Assembly (NCBI RefSeq): GCF_011745625.1 | Contig: NW_027191507.1 | Coordinates: forward strand, 1 to 64,000 | Direction of reading: 5' to 3' | DNA length: 64,000 nt | Source: Cladosporium halotolerans | Lineage: Eukaryota | In this document: positions 48,765-58,491 of the stretch, piece by piece | Numbering within the stretch: the first letter of the stretch is position 1 | Layout: every line of letters begins with the position of its first letter | Position numbers and translations under genes: made by a program | The notes under the pieces: generated by a model | What the model was told of the DNA's origin: nothing | Seen by the model: only the letters and a program-made list of their open reading frames with translations | Database searches by the model: none

Positions 48765-49568
48765 CTACCGGATCGCACCGTCCGACGTGGTGGCAGCGTC
48801 CACCGTGCAGGGTCCCGGTAATAGCAGCATGCGTCCTTCTTCGCTCGCTTTGCAGCATCGAGACTCTGTCAAGCTCCAGAACCGTTTCTGCTCACCACCC
48901 ACTGTCTCTGCCCACTGCTCTAGAATCTGTTGATTTTGCGGGCTGATGTCTTCCTTCGACTGCTCCGGTTGCCGCACACTCTCGTCGTGATAATCGACCA
49001 CGAAATACCGTCGATGCGCTTTCGATTGAAAAATCGTCTGTACGTATACGGCGTGCCAGTGTTCCGGGTCATCGGCAATAGATTTCCATGCATGTTCCTT
49101 GTAGCAATGTTTTCTGATCTCATCTCGACTCATTGAGATCTTAGTACATCCGGATTCGTCGCATTGAAATCCTCGCATCGGCGACCCGAGCCAGTCGAGC
49201 GGTGCTTGTAGTGACGGCGGTGTTGTGACTTGTGCCGGCTCTAGCAACTCGCAAGCTCCGTATTTCTTCTCTATTGCCGACCTCTCGGAGCTTCGGACTT
49301 TATGTTGTAGCCTTAGATGTGTTGCCAGATTCCGGACGGCATACCCGTGATAACGGCAGACTAGCACTTTATAGTGAGAGTCGTAGTAGAGCCATTCATC
49401 AGCGTTTGCGGCAGCGATCTCTAAGCCGTCTTCCAAGCCAATCGCGCTATCGGATGCGGTTGTGCTATGCTCCGTGCACGAGTTGCTTTGTGCTAGACTC
49501 CACGACCGTTGTCGAACGGGCGTCGACGTTTGCGTGCCCCAGCTCGCAAGTGAGCTGTCATCGCTCAT
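48765..49568 (-). CDS. DUF3505 (OrsD-like) zinc-finger protein related to the N-terminus of the adjacent helicase; probably truncated near 48910
   Basis: YKVLVCRYHGYAV...THLRLQH...GFQC...C...IRKHCYKEHAW...VQTIF...RYFVV parallels HRILICTSCQYAI...THLKEYH...GLRC...C...MRKHCKEKHGW...CQRFF...KYFEV in the helicase. Confidence 0.7.
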   Translation of the reverse strand: MSDDSSLASWGTQTSTPVRQRSWSLAQSNSCTEHSTTASDSAIGLEDGLEIAAANADEWLYYDSHYKVLVCRYHGYAVRNLATHLRLQHKVRSSERSAIEKKYGACELLEPAQVTTPPSLQAPLDWLGSPMRGFQCDESGCTKISMSRDEIRKHCYKEHAWKSIADDPEHWHAVYVQTIFQSKAHRRYFVVDYHDESVRQPEQSKEDISPQNQQILEQWAETVGGEQKRFWSLTESRCCKASEEGRMLLLPGPCTVDAATTSDGAIR

Positions 49569-50241
49569 TTTGTGCTGTTGTTGTTATTTTGTAGAAGCCG
49601 TTTTCAGCTTGTCAAATCGCCGCTTCGCTATAGCACTATATGTTGTACGAAATGAATATGCATCAAGTGTCTAATGTGGGCGCCTGAGCAGATGTGAATG
49701 TCTCACGCGTGAAGACGCGAGCGGTCGTGCTGCGCGGTCGTGCTGCGCCAGTCGCACTGACCCTGAATTCCACGCCCTCCCAATCTTCCATGCTTGTACT
49801 GTCAGCAATGTATCGTTCACTACACGACGGTCAACGCTCCTAAAATCAGTTAAAGTTGCTCGCAGACAGAACACGACACGGAGAAAATTATAGTGCTAGT
49901 TTGAGCGTTATGCGATCGATTTTGCTTGAAGGCACATTTTGCTATGTACGAACGCCAAAACAATGCTTTTGCGCCGACCTTCGCGCTCAAAATATGGTGC
50001 CGCACTCGGTTCCCTGCTTCGTTAGCGCCCATACTTTATAGATGATCTACAGAGCATCGTAGCAATACTTAGTCTCCATGACTTTGCTATAATTTCATTC
50101 ATGATGAAAAGACAACAACTTGGGGATCACTTCTTGGGGAAGACTACAAAATGATTGTAAGCGGAAGTTCAGTAGCTACTTACGGTTAGCGCCGCTTTGG
50201 GGTAAGCTGGGGATCAGTGTTCCCCTCCGCTGCTTTTTGGT

Positions 50242-50301
50242 TAGGATTGAGGATAGGATTGAGGATAGGATTGAGGATAGGATTGAGGATAGGATTGAGG
50301 A
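50242..50301 (+). repeat. Tandem repeat 5 x TAGGATTGAGGA, flanked by GGTTAGG on both sides
   Basis: Read directly; lies about 80 bp downstream of the helicase stop codon. Confidence 0.92.
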
Positions 50302-50381
50302 TAGGTTAGGCTATACTTGTTTCTAACCTTCTACATTTTCTTTCCTATTGAAGAAGAGGGATAAGGTACACTCTACTACCC

Positions 50382-53300
50382 TTATATTGATCGTAGGGCT
50401 AAACCTGCCACTCGCACTGCCTGAATTGCACTCCCCCCTCCGAATCTACTCTCCTCTCCTAACCAGTCAAAATAATCCTCGATATTCTCAAACTTTCGCT
50501 CGAATTGCTCGTGTAGCCATCCTGGCCCCTCAACACTCTCGAATACCCCGAAGCAGAGCGGGAGTACGATGTCTCGGTGTTCACAATCCATGCCACCTCC
50601 ACCTCCTAGCTCTGCTTGTTGACAGATCGATTGCGGATTCAGGCACCAGAAGCAGCTCGTGTATGCCTGTAGCCATTTCCGCCCTCGTCCTTCGTGTCGT
50701 CGTCTGGCTTCGTTCCTGTGTTCAAACACCTCGAATCGCCGTGGGCACGTTGAGAAAGCATGGTCCCAGTTCTGTCTGACTACCCTGCAGAGCAAGCATG
50801 TTCCTTTCACGCTCGCCAGGTCGAGCCGATACTGTGAGAGTTCTGTGTGAGCCCGTAGCCGCTCTTGCTGGATGAGCCCGAGCCCTGTGTGTGGCGTGTC
50901 CTCTTGGACGCTCTCGACCGGGTTGATGGGATCCTGGTGGGCCACCTTGCAGATGTCACACGGTATATCTTCTGGCATACACCATCTTCGATGTCGGGAG
51001 ATATCCAGGTAATCGCTTAACGAGGTCCGGTAGCATTGCTCGCTCTGCAGGTATCGGTGCACCGCCTGTTTGTCCTGGCGCTTTCGAAGCGATACGTCCT
51101 GTCTGTGGTTGCTCGCGTTCTGTAAATCCAGTGGATCGTCATCCATAGCCTTGGGCTGCCAGGTCGCTGGGAGCAACACCATCGAGTACGCACGCTTTCC
51201 GTCTCGCCCTGCTCGACCTGACTCTTGGGCGAAGATGACTAGGGATTCCGGCTCGTCTACATTCATGACGAGTCGGACGTGAGGGTAGTCGAACCCTTCA
51301 GCGAGAGCGGTGGTGGCGACGATATAAGGCGTGCCTGAAGTCTCAATCCATCCATCGAGTATCTCTTTCTTCTCTGCCGGTGTCCCACTCTCTGCCGTGT
51401 ACGCATTGCAGCCGAGTAGCTCTGCCAGATCGTCTGCATCTTTGCACGTCCGAACGTACAGAACGATCTTGTCACAGGCGTGGTCGAAGAACCCCGATTC
51501 TGTCCACGCATCTTTTGCCTCGATTGCAGCCTGTTTGAGAAGGCTTCCGTTGTGGGCGTCGATTTTTCGCACCATGTAGAAAATGTTCAGTCGATTACTA
51601 GGCGCCCTGACAACAGTAGGACGGTGCAGATAGTTTCTCTCCTCGAACTCTGCTCGCATGGATGGCGGAAGAGTGGCTGTCAAATAGACAAACTGAGTTC
51701 TCAAGCTCCGGATGGTTGTTAGCTCGACCATACTTGGTCGATACTCAGCCGCTGTTACAGTCAGATGGCACTCGTCAATCACGATCCGATCGAGCTTTTG
51801 CTCTGCTATTAGCCTCCGAGCATACTTGATGAAATCCTTGGACGAGGCGGCCTCAGCGCTGATGAGTACTAGGGCGGCCTCCCGGCTCTCGCCTGGACGC
51901 CACTCTAGATGGTCGATGCTCATCTCTTTTATACGCCGGATCATATCTCCATAGAGCGAGACGAGCGGTACTACGAGTACTGTTATTCCAGCGTCAGGCA
52001 GAGTACACGGAAGCATAAAGAGCAAGCTCTTCCCGGCTCCTGTGGGAAGGATGGCGACAACCTGCTCGGTCCAAGACATGATTGTGGTGAGAGCTTGCTC
52101 CTGCTCGGCAGATTTCCAGCCTGCTTCCCTGTTGCCGTATAGCTTCTTCACTCCTCCTAGGAGAGCTTCGGTGGACCAAGGTTTCCGAGGACGGTAGATG
52201 CCCATAGCCACCCGTTTCGCCAATCGAGACTCTTGCTCGGCTCTCCCACGTTTCTTTTGCTTGAGCATCATGTCTAACCCCCAGAAGTCCTGCCACAGCG
52301 TCGAAGCCTGTAACCCCATCCGGACTTTTCCATCCCACAAGTTGGCAAATACTGCTCCGGCCTGGTTGGCGTACGCCCGGTTCACCGTCCGCGTCTTGTG
52401 GTTGCGCTGTTCCGTCATGCTTCGGATTGTCGGGTCGATCTCTTCCGCATCTTCGTCGCCTTCGTCAGGGTCGAAACATTCGATCTGGCTGGCGAATTTG
52501 GTCTTGACGATGGCCACTGTGATCTGCCTCCAGTTAGCGACGCGAAGCCGTGGCACGCATGCCCGAACACATGCTTCTTCCAGGTAGCGGCTTAGATGAC
52601 CCTCCGGCCACACTTTTCCATTCTTCTCCCAAAGGTACGGAGAGAGCAACGATCCAGGCGATGTCTGTCGGAAGAATCTCTCCCGTAGTGGCAATACGTA
52701 GACGATGTAATCGAGCAGTAGCTCTGCGATCGGATTAGCGAGGAACCGGACGTTCTCTTTGTAGTCACTCGTTTGTTGCTGGCCCTTATGGTACTGGATG
52801 TGTACCATTATACGGTCGAAGCGAATGACGATGGATCGTCGCCGCTGCGCGTTGCGATATGTCATCGAGAAGAATTCGCTCTCTCGCACAGGCTGTCCCC
52901 CGCTGATGTGTACGAGAACGCTCAATCGCTTCAGAAACTCTTGCACGGTGGCTTTGTAACCAGCCATTGCGCTCTCCCTCCATGCCCATCCGCTGGGTGA
53001 TCGATTGTCTTCGGTAAGGAAGATGCGAGACAGTTGATCCGATCGTTCGATTGCGTTCGTCAGTGCTCTCCCTGTACCGCCGAGGGTCGTTGCGTTATCT
53101 CTGTGCTGAGTAAAACTCCAACCGACGGTCTCGACGTTGACACCATCTTTGAGGAACCGAGGGCTTATTCGGCGGAGACTCTTGAGACCCAGCATCAAGT
53201 CGTCGTAAAGAAGCTGATAACACCCCTGGTACTCAGATGCAAGCAAAGATGGGATCTGATCCATCCGTAGTTCGGTGTCCTCGTATGTCAGCACCTCACT

Positions 53301-54848
53301 TTCGTCCCAAGACGCTTCATGGGTGCCAACGCTCGCACCCGACACCTTGAACAGCAACAGGCGCCATCTGAGGATCTCTCCCATCGGTGTCTCTACGGTC
53401 TGCTGGAGGTACTGGTCGCAGTAAGATCTCACAAGCTCTAGCGTCTTCCCACAGCCTTGTTGTTCCTTCAAGGCGCTATCGTAGAACACTAGCAACTGTA
53501 CGACCCAGATAATGGCCGAGAGACTGCTATTAAAGTTTCCGGGTTCCATCCAGCCGTTTGTCGATGGTTTGATGCTCAGCATGGCGCAGAAGCTCAACAG
53601 AGATGATCCATACCGCCGAGCGCCAGTCGTGTGGCAGATGAGAAGCGTCCTTGGCTCCAGAAGTCGTCTCTTCAATTCCTTTTCCTCTTTATCACCTTCC
53701 TCGTTGTCCTCTTCGACAGGGCTCGCTCGTCTTCGCTGTGCGATCTGGCAGATATCTTGCCATACCGCCAATTGCTCCTCTGTCGCCTCGATGGTGTCTT
53801 CCGGCCTCTGCATGTCGTCGTCATCTTCAGCTATTGCGCTAAAATGGTACTCGTCAGGAGCGACAACTCTGCTGAAGTATGACACGAACCGAAGCGCTAT
53901 TCCGAAATAGCTCACAAGACTCTTCGGCCCTTTGTGTGGATCGAATGGTCTGGTCTTGCCTGTCAGATCGACTTGCGAGGGCTGGAAGCGGCTGAGGACG
54001 ACTCGGCATTGATAAGTCAGCATGCAGTCAGGTCCGTCAAAGCATAGCCTGTGGGCATCCTGTAGTAATGATTGCATCGCATCGATGATGGTACGGAGAT
54101 TGCTCTCCTCTCCTGACGGGGGCACAGCGATTGCTGTTCGAATTTGGTCTTTTCTGAGACCGCATATATGGTCGGCAATGCCTGTCTCTCTTAGCCAAGG
54201 GACTACGGCGGAGACATGGTCGTCAAACCCATGTACTCGGTTCGCATCGTCAGCAGCATCGCGCTGTGCTTGTTGGACGTCGTCTTCTTGGGCGCGGAAA
54301 AACTCATGCTTCTGGGACGTTTGCCTCTCGGTGATTGCACCCTCATCCTGACTTGCCACTTCGAAGTATTTCTGCCAACTGTTGACCTTAAAGAATCGCT
54401 GACACGCACGGTTTTGAGTCCAGATCTTGTTACGCGCATGGAGCTGTTTCGTGCGAACATCCCCTCCCCGCTTTTGCTGATTCGCCCATCCATGTTTCTC
54501 CTTGCAATGTTTCCGCATCAAACGTAAGTTGCGACACACATAGACGCAGGCAATATTCCTGTTATCCGCCCAATCACATCTGAGCCCGTCAAAATAAACT
54601 GGGAGGATCGGAACGGGAGGATCGTTTGGAGTTGGATATACGACGTCTTCATGGACACTCGCCAGAGCGGAGCAACTATCGACCTTGGCAACGAAGGCGT
54701 GACGTCGTTCAAGAGTAAGACGACGGTGGTACTCTTTGAGATGGGTCGTTAAGTGCGATGGCACAATCGCGTATTGACAACTTGTGCATATCAAGATCCT
54801 GTGTTTGTTGTTTATTTCGAAAAGACGGGTGAAATCCACTTCTGCCAT
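50382..54848 (-). CDS. Telomere-linked helicase (TLH)-type protein: DUF3505 zinc fingers, putative tyrosine-recombinase domain, RecQ-type SF2 helicase, Cys-rich C-terminus
   Basis: Intronless 1488-aa ORF with helicase motifs LPTGAGKS, VVPLVSL, IVIDECH, LTAT, IVLYVR, VATTALAEGFD, QESGRAGRDG and the RecQ Zn cluster CYR...C...CDIC. Confidence 0.93.
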   Translation of the reverse strand: MAEVDFTRLFEINNKHRILICTSCQYAIVPSHLTTHLKEYHRRLTLERRHAFVAKVDSCSALASVHEDVVYPTPNDPPVPILPVYFDGLRCDWADNRNIACVYVCRNLRLMRKHCKEKHGWANQQKRGGDVRTKQLHARNKIWTQNRACQRFFKVNSWQKYFEVASQDEGAITERQTSQKHEFFRAQEDDVQQAQRDAADDANRVHGFDDHVSAVVPWLRETGIADHICGLRKDQIRTAIAVPPSGEESNLRTIIDAMQSLLQDAHRLCFDGPDCMLTYQCRVVLSRFQPSQVDLTGKTRPFDPHKGPKSLVSYFGIALRFVSYFSRVVAPDEYHFSAIAEDDDDMQRPEDTIEATEEQLAVWQDICQIAQRRRASPVEEDNEEGDKEEKELKRRLLEPRTLLICHTTGARRYGSSLLSFCAMLSIKPSTNGWMEPGNFNSSLSAIIWVVQLLVFYDSALKEQQGCGKTLELVRSYCDQYLQQTVETPMGEILRWRLLLFKVSGASVGTHEASWDESEVLTYEDTELRMDQIPSLLASEYQGCYQLLYDDLMLGLKSLRRISPRFLKDGVNVETVGWSFTQHRDNATTLGGTGRALTNAIERSDQLSRIFLTEDNRSPSGWAWRESAMAGYKATVQEFLKRLSVLVHISGGQPVRESEFFSMTYRNAQRRRSIVIRFDRIMVHIQYHKGQQQTSDYKENVRFLANPIAELLLDYIVYVLPLRERFFRQTSPGSLLSPYLWEKNGKVWPEGHLSRYLEEACVRACVPRLRVANWRQITVAIVKTKFASQIECFDPDEGDEDAEEIDPTIRSMTEQRNHKTRTVNRAYANQAGAVFANLWDGKVRMGLQASTLWQDFWGLDMMLKQKKRGRAEQESRLAKRVAMGIYRPRKPWSTEALLGGVKKLYGNREAGWKSAEQEQALTTIMSWTEQVVAILPTGAGKSLLFMLPCTLPDAGITVLVVPLVSLYGDMIRRIKEMSIDHLEWRPGESREAALVLISAEAASSKDFIKYARRLIAEQKLDRIVIDECHLTVTAAEYRPSMVELTTIRSLRTQFVYLTATLPPSMRAEFEERNYLHRPTVVRAPSNRLNIFYMVRKIDAHNGSLLKQAAIEAKDAWTESGFFDHACDKIVLYVRTCKDADDLAELLGCNAYTAESGTPAEKKEILDGWIETSGTPYIVATTALAEGFDYPHVRLVMNVDEPESLVIFAQESGRAGRDGKRAYSMVLLPATWQPKAMDDDPLDLQNASNHRQDVSLRKRQDKQAVHRYLQSEQCYRTSLSDYLDISRHRRWCMPEDIPCDICKVAHQDPINPVESVQEDTPHTGLGLIQQERLRAHTELSQYRLDLASVKGTCLLCRVVRQNWDHAFSTCPRRFEVFEHRNEARRRHEGRGRKWLQAYTSCFWCLNPQSICQQAELGGGGGMDCEHRDIVLPLCFGVFESVEGPGWLHEQFERKFENIEDYFDWLGEESRFGGGSAIQAVRVAGLALRSI

Positions 54849-55337
54849 GGTTGATCGAGCAAGTAAGACTTACGACTGCCATTTTTCAGAAACGATAGGA
54901 GCCCTCGTATATCAATAATTTTGTTGCTCCCTGGCAACCTGCCTCCTGTGACTAAAATGCATGTGCCTATGCGTAGACGTGCTTTCATGCCGCAAGAAGA
55001 CGCTCACTCATTCGCAGGTGCTAACGCCAGCTGCGGGGCAGACTTCCAATTTTGTCGCTGGCTGCGTTTTTGGCGTACATATCACCGTCATATTGTCGCA
55101 CCATTCCTGCAAATAAACAAACGAAACGCAGCGAGCAAAAAGAATCATGCTGTCGTATCTTGTTGTTTCAATTTTGGCCAATTACGAGGTTATTAAAGCA
55201 AAGGTCCCGGGTCAGGCAAAGCAAAGGTTTCGGCTTAGCCTTACTTACCCTAACCCTTAATTTATTAGGCATTTCAAAGGTCTCGACTCGAAACCTTTGT
55301 CTTCTAGTGTTAGGGATCTAGGAATTAAGTATTATCC

Positions 55338-55523
55338 CGGCGATCTCGGCGACCTCGACGTAATGAATAGATGTCAGAACACTAGTCGCCTACGCTATCC
55401 TATTAGTAACCGCATATGCTGGACTGGCAGCTGCGGTATTCGCCGATGTACCATTCGCCGGTCACCTGGTCGCCGATGATTTGATCGCCGATTGCCATCT
55501 TTATCCCACTCACAGCTCGCCGA
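55338..55523. promoter_or_regulatory. Array of seven CGGCGA/TCGCCG motifs upstream of the persulfide dioxygenase gene
   Basis: CGGCGA at 55338 and 55347; TCGCCG at 55440, 55455, 55470, 55485 (exact 15-bp period) and 55517. Confidence 0.6.
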
Positions 55524-55635
55524 CGGAGTCGGTAATAAGCCATTGGAAAGGGAACTTCAGTGACCAAAGCTCTCTGGATTTCCCAGCCCGCTTCTACTCG
55601 CACGAAATCCACACTGGACAGCAGCCATATTTAAC

Positions 55636-56865
55636 ATGGTCAAAGCCCCCATCCTCCACTTACCTCGAAGCCCCCACATCTATCACATCCCGCTTAAAAT
55701 CTTGCCGATATTCAATACCAGTCGCCGACCTAGTGCGTACGTCTTTGCGGAAAGGATCAGTCCTTCATTCACGCCTCGGACTCTTCATTTACAGAGTTAC
55801 CAGAGGCAGATTGATCAACAACAACCAAAGTCCACGTTCTTACCAAGACGGCCAATCCCAAGACGGGCGCTACATCACACACCCAACAGCGTACATACCG
55901 AAGTCATGTCCCAAACAGTCACCGTCGACAGCATGCATGATTCAGCCACTGGTACGTGGCAATACATTGTCGCCGATCCGCACACCCTTGACGCCGTCAT
56001 CATCGACCCAGTCTTAGATTACGACATTTCAACACATACCATCAGCACCCACACCGCCGATGGCCTCAAGTCTTTGATTGAAGACAAGGGTTACAAAATC
56101 ATCAGGATCCTCGAGACACATGCGCACGCAGACCATCTGACAGCCGCCTCATACTTGCAAACCGTCCTAGAGCGGGACCATGGTTCTAAGCCGCCTATCT
56201 GCATTGGAAAGCGGATCCGTGAGGTGCAGCGCGTGTTCGGACAGAGATACGGTGTTTACGACTCCGAGCTGAATGCGGCGTTCGATCAGCTCATGGATGA
56301 CGATGAGGAGTTTTGTATTGGCCAGCTAAAAGCCAAAACAATTCATCTTCCGGGCCACACACCAGATCACGTCGGTTACCTCGTCGAAGGTAAGCAATGT
56401 CAGCAGCAAAACAAACGACTTTGGAATTTGCTAATACAAGGCCTCGCAGACAACATCTTTTGCGGCGATTCGGTGTTCAACGCCGACCTAGGCACCGCGC
56501 GCTGCGACTTTCCCGGCGGCAGTGCAAAAGATTTATACCACTCGACTCGCAAGTTGCTGAGCCTGCCCGACAACTACAAGATTTGGACCGGCCATGACTA
56601 CCCGTCTAACGGCCGGATGTGTCCAGTCCCGTACATGAGCGTGGCTGACCAGAAGCAGCGCAATCGCTACCTTTCAGACATTGTATCGGAGCAGGATTTT
56701 CTGCACATGCGCACCCAACGTGATGCACAACTGAAGGAGCCGAAAATGCTACACCCGTCGTTGCAAATCAATATTCGCGGAGGACGGCTACCCGCTCCGA
56801 TGCCATCTGGTGAACGAACCTTAACATTTCCTATTCGACTGGAGACCGAGCACTGGGGAGTTTGA
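55636..56865 (+). CDS. Metallo-beta-lactamase-fold persulfide dioxygenase (ETHE1/Blh-like); in-frame intron 56390-56449
   Basis: TWQYIVAD, IIDPVLD, LETHAHADHLTAA, HLPGHTPDH, IFCGDSVF, GTARCDFPGG, IWTGHDY, LQINIRGG. The R/S-rich N-terminal extension may be a mitochondrial presequence (alternative ATG at 55906). Confidence 0.9.
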   Translation: MVKAPILHLPRSPHIYHIPLKILPIFNTSRRPSAYVFAERISPSFTPRTLHLQSYQRQIDQQQPKSTFLPRRPIPRRALHHTPNSVHTEVMSQTVTVDSMHDSATGTWQYIVADPHTLDAVIIDPVLDYDISTHTISTHTADGLKSLIEDKGYKIIRILETHAHADHLTAASYLQTVLERDHGSKPPICIGKRIREVQRVFGQRYGVYDSELNAAFDQLMDDDEEFCIGQLKAKTIHLPGHTPDHVGYLVEGKQCQQQNKRLWNLLIQGLADNIFCGDSVFNADLGTARCDFPGGSAKDLYHSTRKLLSLPDNYKIWTGHDYPSNGRMCPVPYMSVADQKQRNRYLSDIVSEQDFLHMRTQRDAQLKEPKMLHPSLQINIRGGRLPAPMPSGERTLTFPIRLETEHWGV

Positions 56866-57101
56866 ATAGCATCGCAAGTTTTGCCATTTCAACAATATGC
56901 GCATAGCCAGCATTTATCCATCAACTAGCAATGAACACTGTATGAGTATCACCAACTTCATAATTGTGCGCCATGCTTGTCTTTTGCCACTGGGAGAAGT
57001 TGTTCTGAACTGTTAAGAATGAACTCTCGGGAAACATGCCACAAAGGAAGGAACATAGTGTAATTTGATCTGCAGTAGTCAACAAAGATAATAGTATTTG
57101 A

Positions 57102-58096
57102 TCACAACGACAGCCACGACCCTAGGCGAGGTTTCCAACCACCGCCTGCATGCGGATCTGTCTGGTCCAATCGCCACAACGTGGTCTGCACTCGCAAATC
57201 TGCGAGAAATTCTGCTTCTGTGGATTTTGCGTGCTTATTGAGAGCCGCACATTCGGCGACAGAGTCGCGCGGCTTAGATGAGGTCGACGGGCTACCATCT
57301 CCCTGCTCTCGCCAGACGCGGGTGTTGGCAGGGAGGGACAAGACCCGTTGCATAGAGTTCCAAGCGTCACGATGGTGTGATGAGTCTTTCGACGGATCAT
57401 CGGCAGCGCGGAAAGCGACGCTCTCGAGGTCTGCATGCGCCAAGTCCTCTCTCAGAGTCGCGATTGAGTGTGCGCCAAAAACATCGTTGCCCACTACATA
57501 AGCGCGGCGATGGGGTTTACCAAAGCCTGGCATGTGCATGCATTCCAGAGAGAGCCAGCCCAAAATGATTTCGCCATCATTAAGGCCAGCGCGGAATGTT
57601 GTCTAGAATGAGCTACTAGCACCGTATTTGCGCTGCCACAAAAGGTCGAGGCCAGAGACGGTAGCTTCGTTACAGAGCTGCGGTGCATATCCTGCATTCT
57701 GAGATACCAAGCGGCGGATAGGCAGTGAGGGTTCGCAACATGTGTCTCCAGGATGTAGTCGACAATAGAGCTGCGCTCTTTCATTACAGTAATGATGGCG
57801 TCGGCGGCGCTTGTTGACATGGCAGCCGGGTCAGCACAGGTCAGCACAGCGGTCGCGGACGGGATCGAGCACTACACAGTGCATTGTAGTAGCATCAGCT
57901 ACAATGTATTGCCATGTGTCTGTAGATGCTGCGTATACGTTATGGACAACCGACGAAGTATCGAAGGCCGCGGTCGGCAATTCTGAAGGTACGCCGGATG
58001 TCGTCAGCTTGGAGAAATGGTCGAACAACAAGACTTGATAAGCCTTTTGGCCGTGGATGAGGGGTATACAAAGGTCTTGATCAGGCCCAGAATCAT
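57102..58096 (-). pseudogene. Divergent paralog of the persulfide dioxygenase, metal ligands lost, several frameshifts
   Basis: TWQYIVAD...VLDPV, ILETHVANPHCLSAAWYL, HMPGFGKPH, VFGAHS and LSLPANTRVW are spread across frames. A 10-nt duplication (CTGTGCTGAC x2) near 57830-57850 breaks the frame. Confidence 0.78.
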
Positions 58097-58491
58097 TTGC
58101 AAGAAATGAATTTTGTCGCGTGATGTGAAGGGGGAAGAGAAAACGACGAGGAGACGGGAGCGATGCAGAATGAAGAGTACAAACATTGACGAGCGAGCCC
58201 CCGCGTGCATGTAGTCGCCGATGTTTCCGAGTCCCCGGCCACTCGAGTCCGTGCTTCATGATATTGATCGGTATAGCTCCCTCCCGGGACCCATTGCAAA
58301 TCGTTGCGTTGACGGAAGATTCCATAATTGAACTTCAAGACGAATGTATCTGTTGGCCCCGTACGCCTTTCTCGCTTAGTCATGTTCATGCACCAGGTTG
58401 CATAGGCTGCACACACATAGATGCGAGAAGGGAGGTCACGAGTACGTACGGCGATTTAGTTAGATATCCAGCGTTACTATACAGATAGCTG

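Noticed and set aside
50242..50301. Tandem repeat considered as a CRISPR-like array or a coding IEDR repeat
   Set aside because: There are no spacers, the DNA is eukaryotic, and the overlapping 68-aa ORF has no other support.
55241..55248. TTACTTAC as a Starship TTAC target-site repeat
   Set aside because: A 4-mer is too common, and no captain gene or matching second end could be identified.
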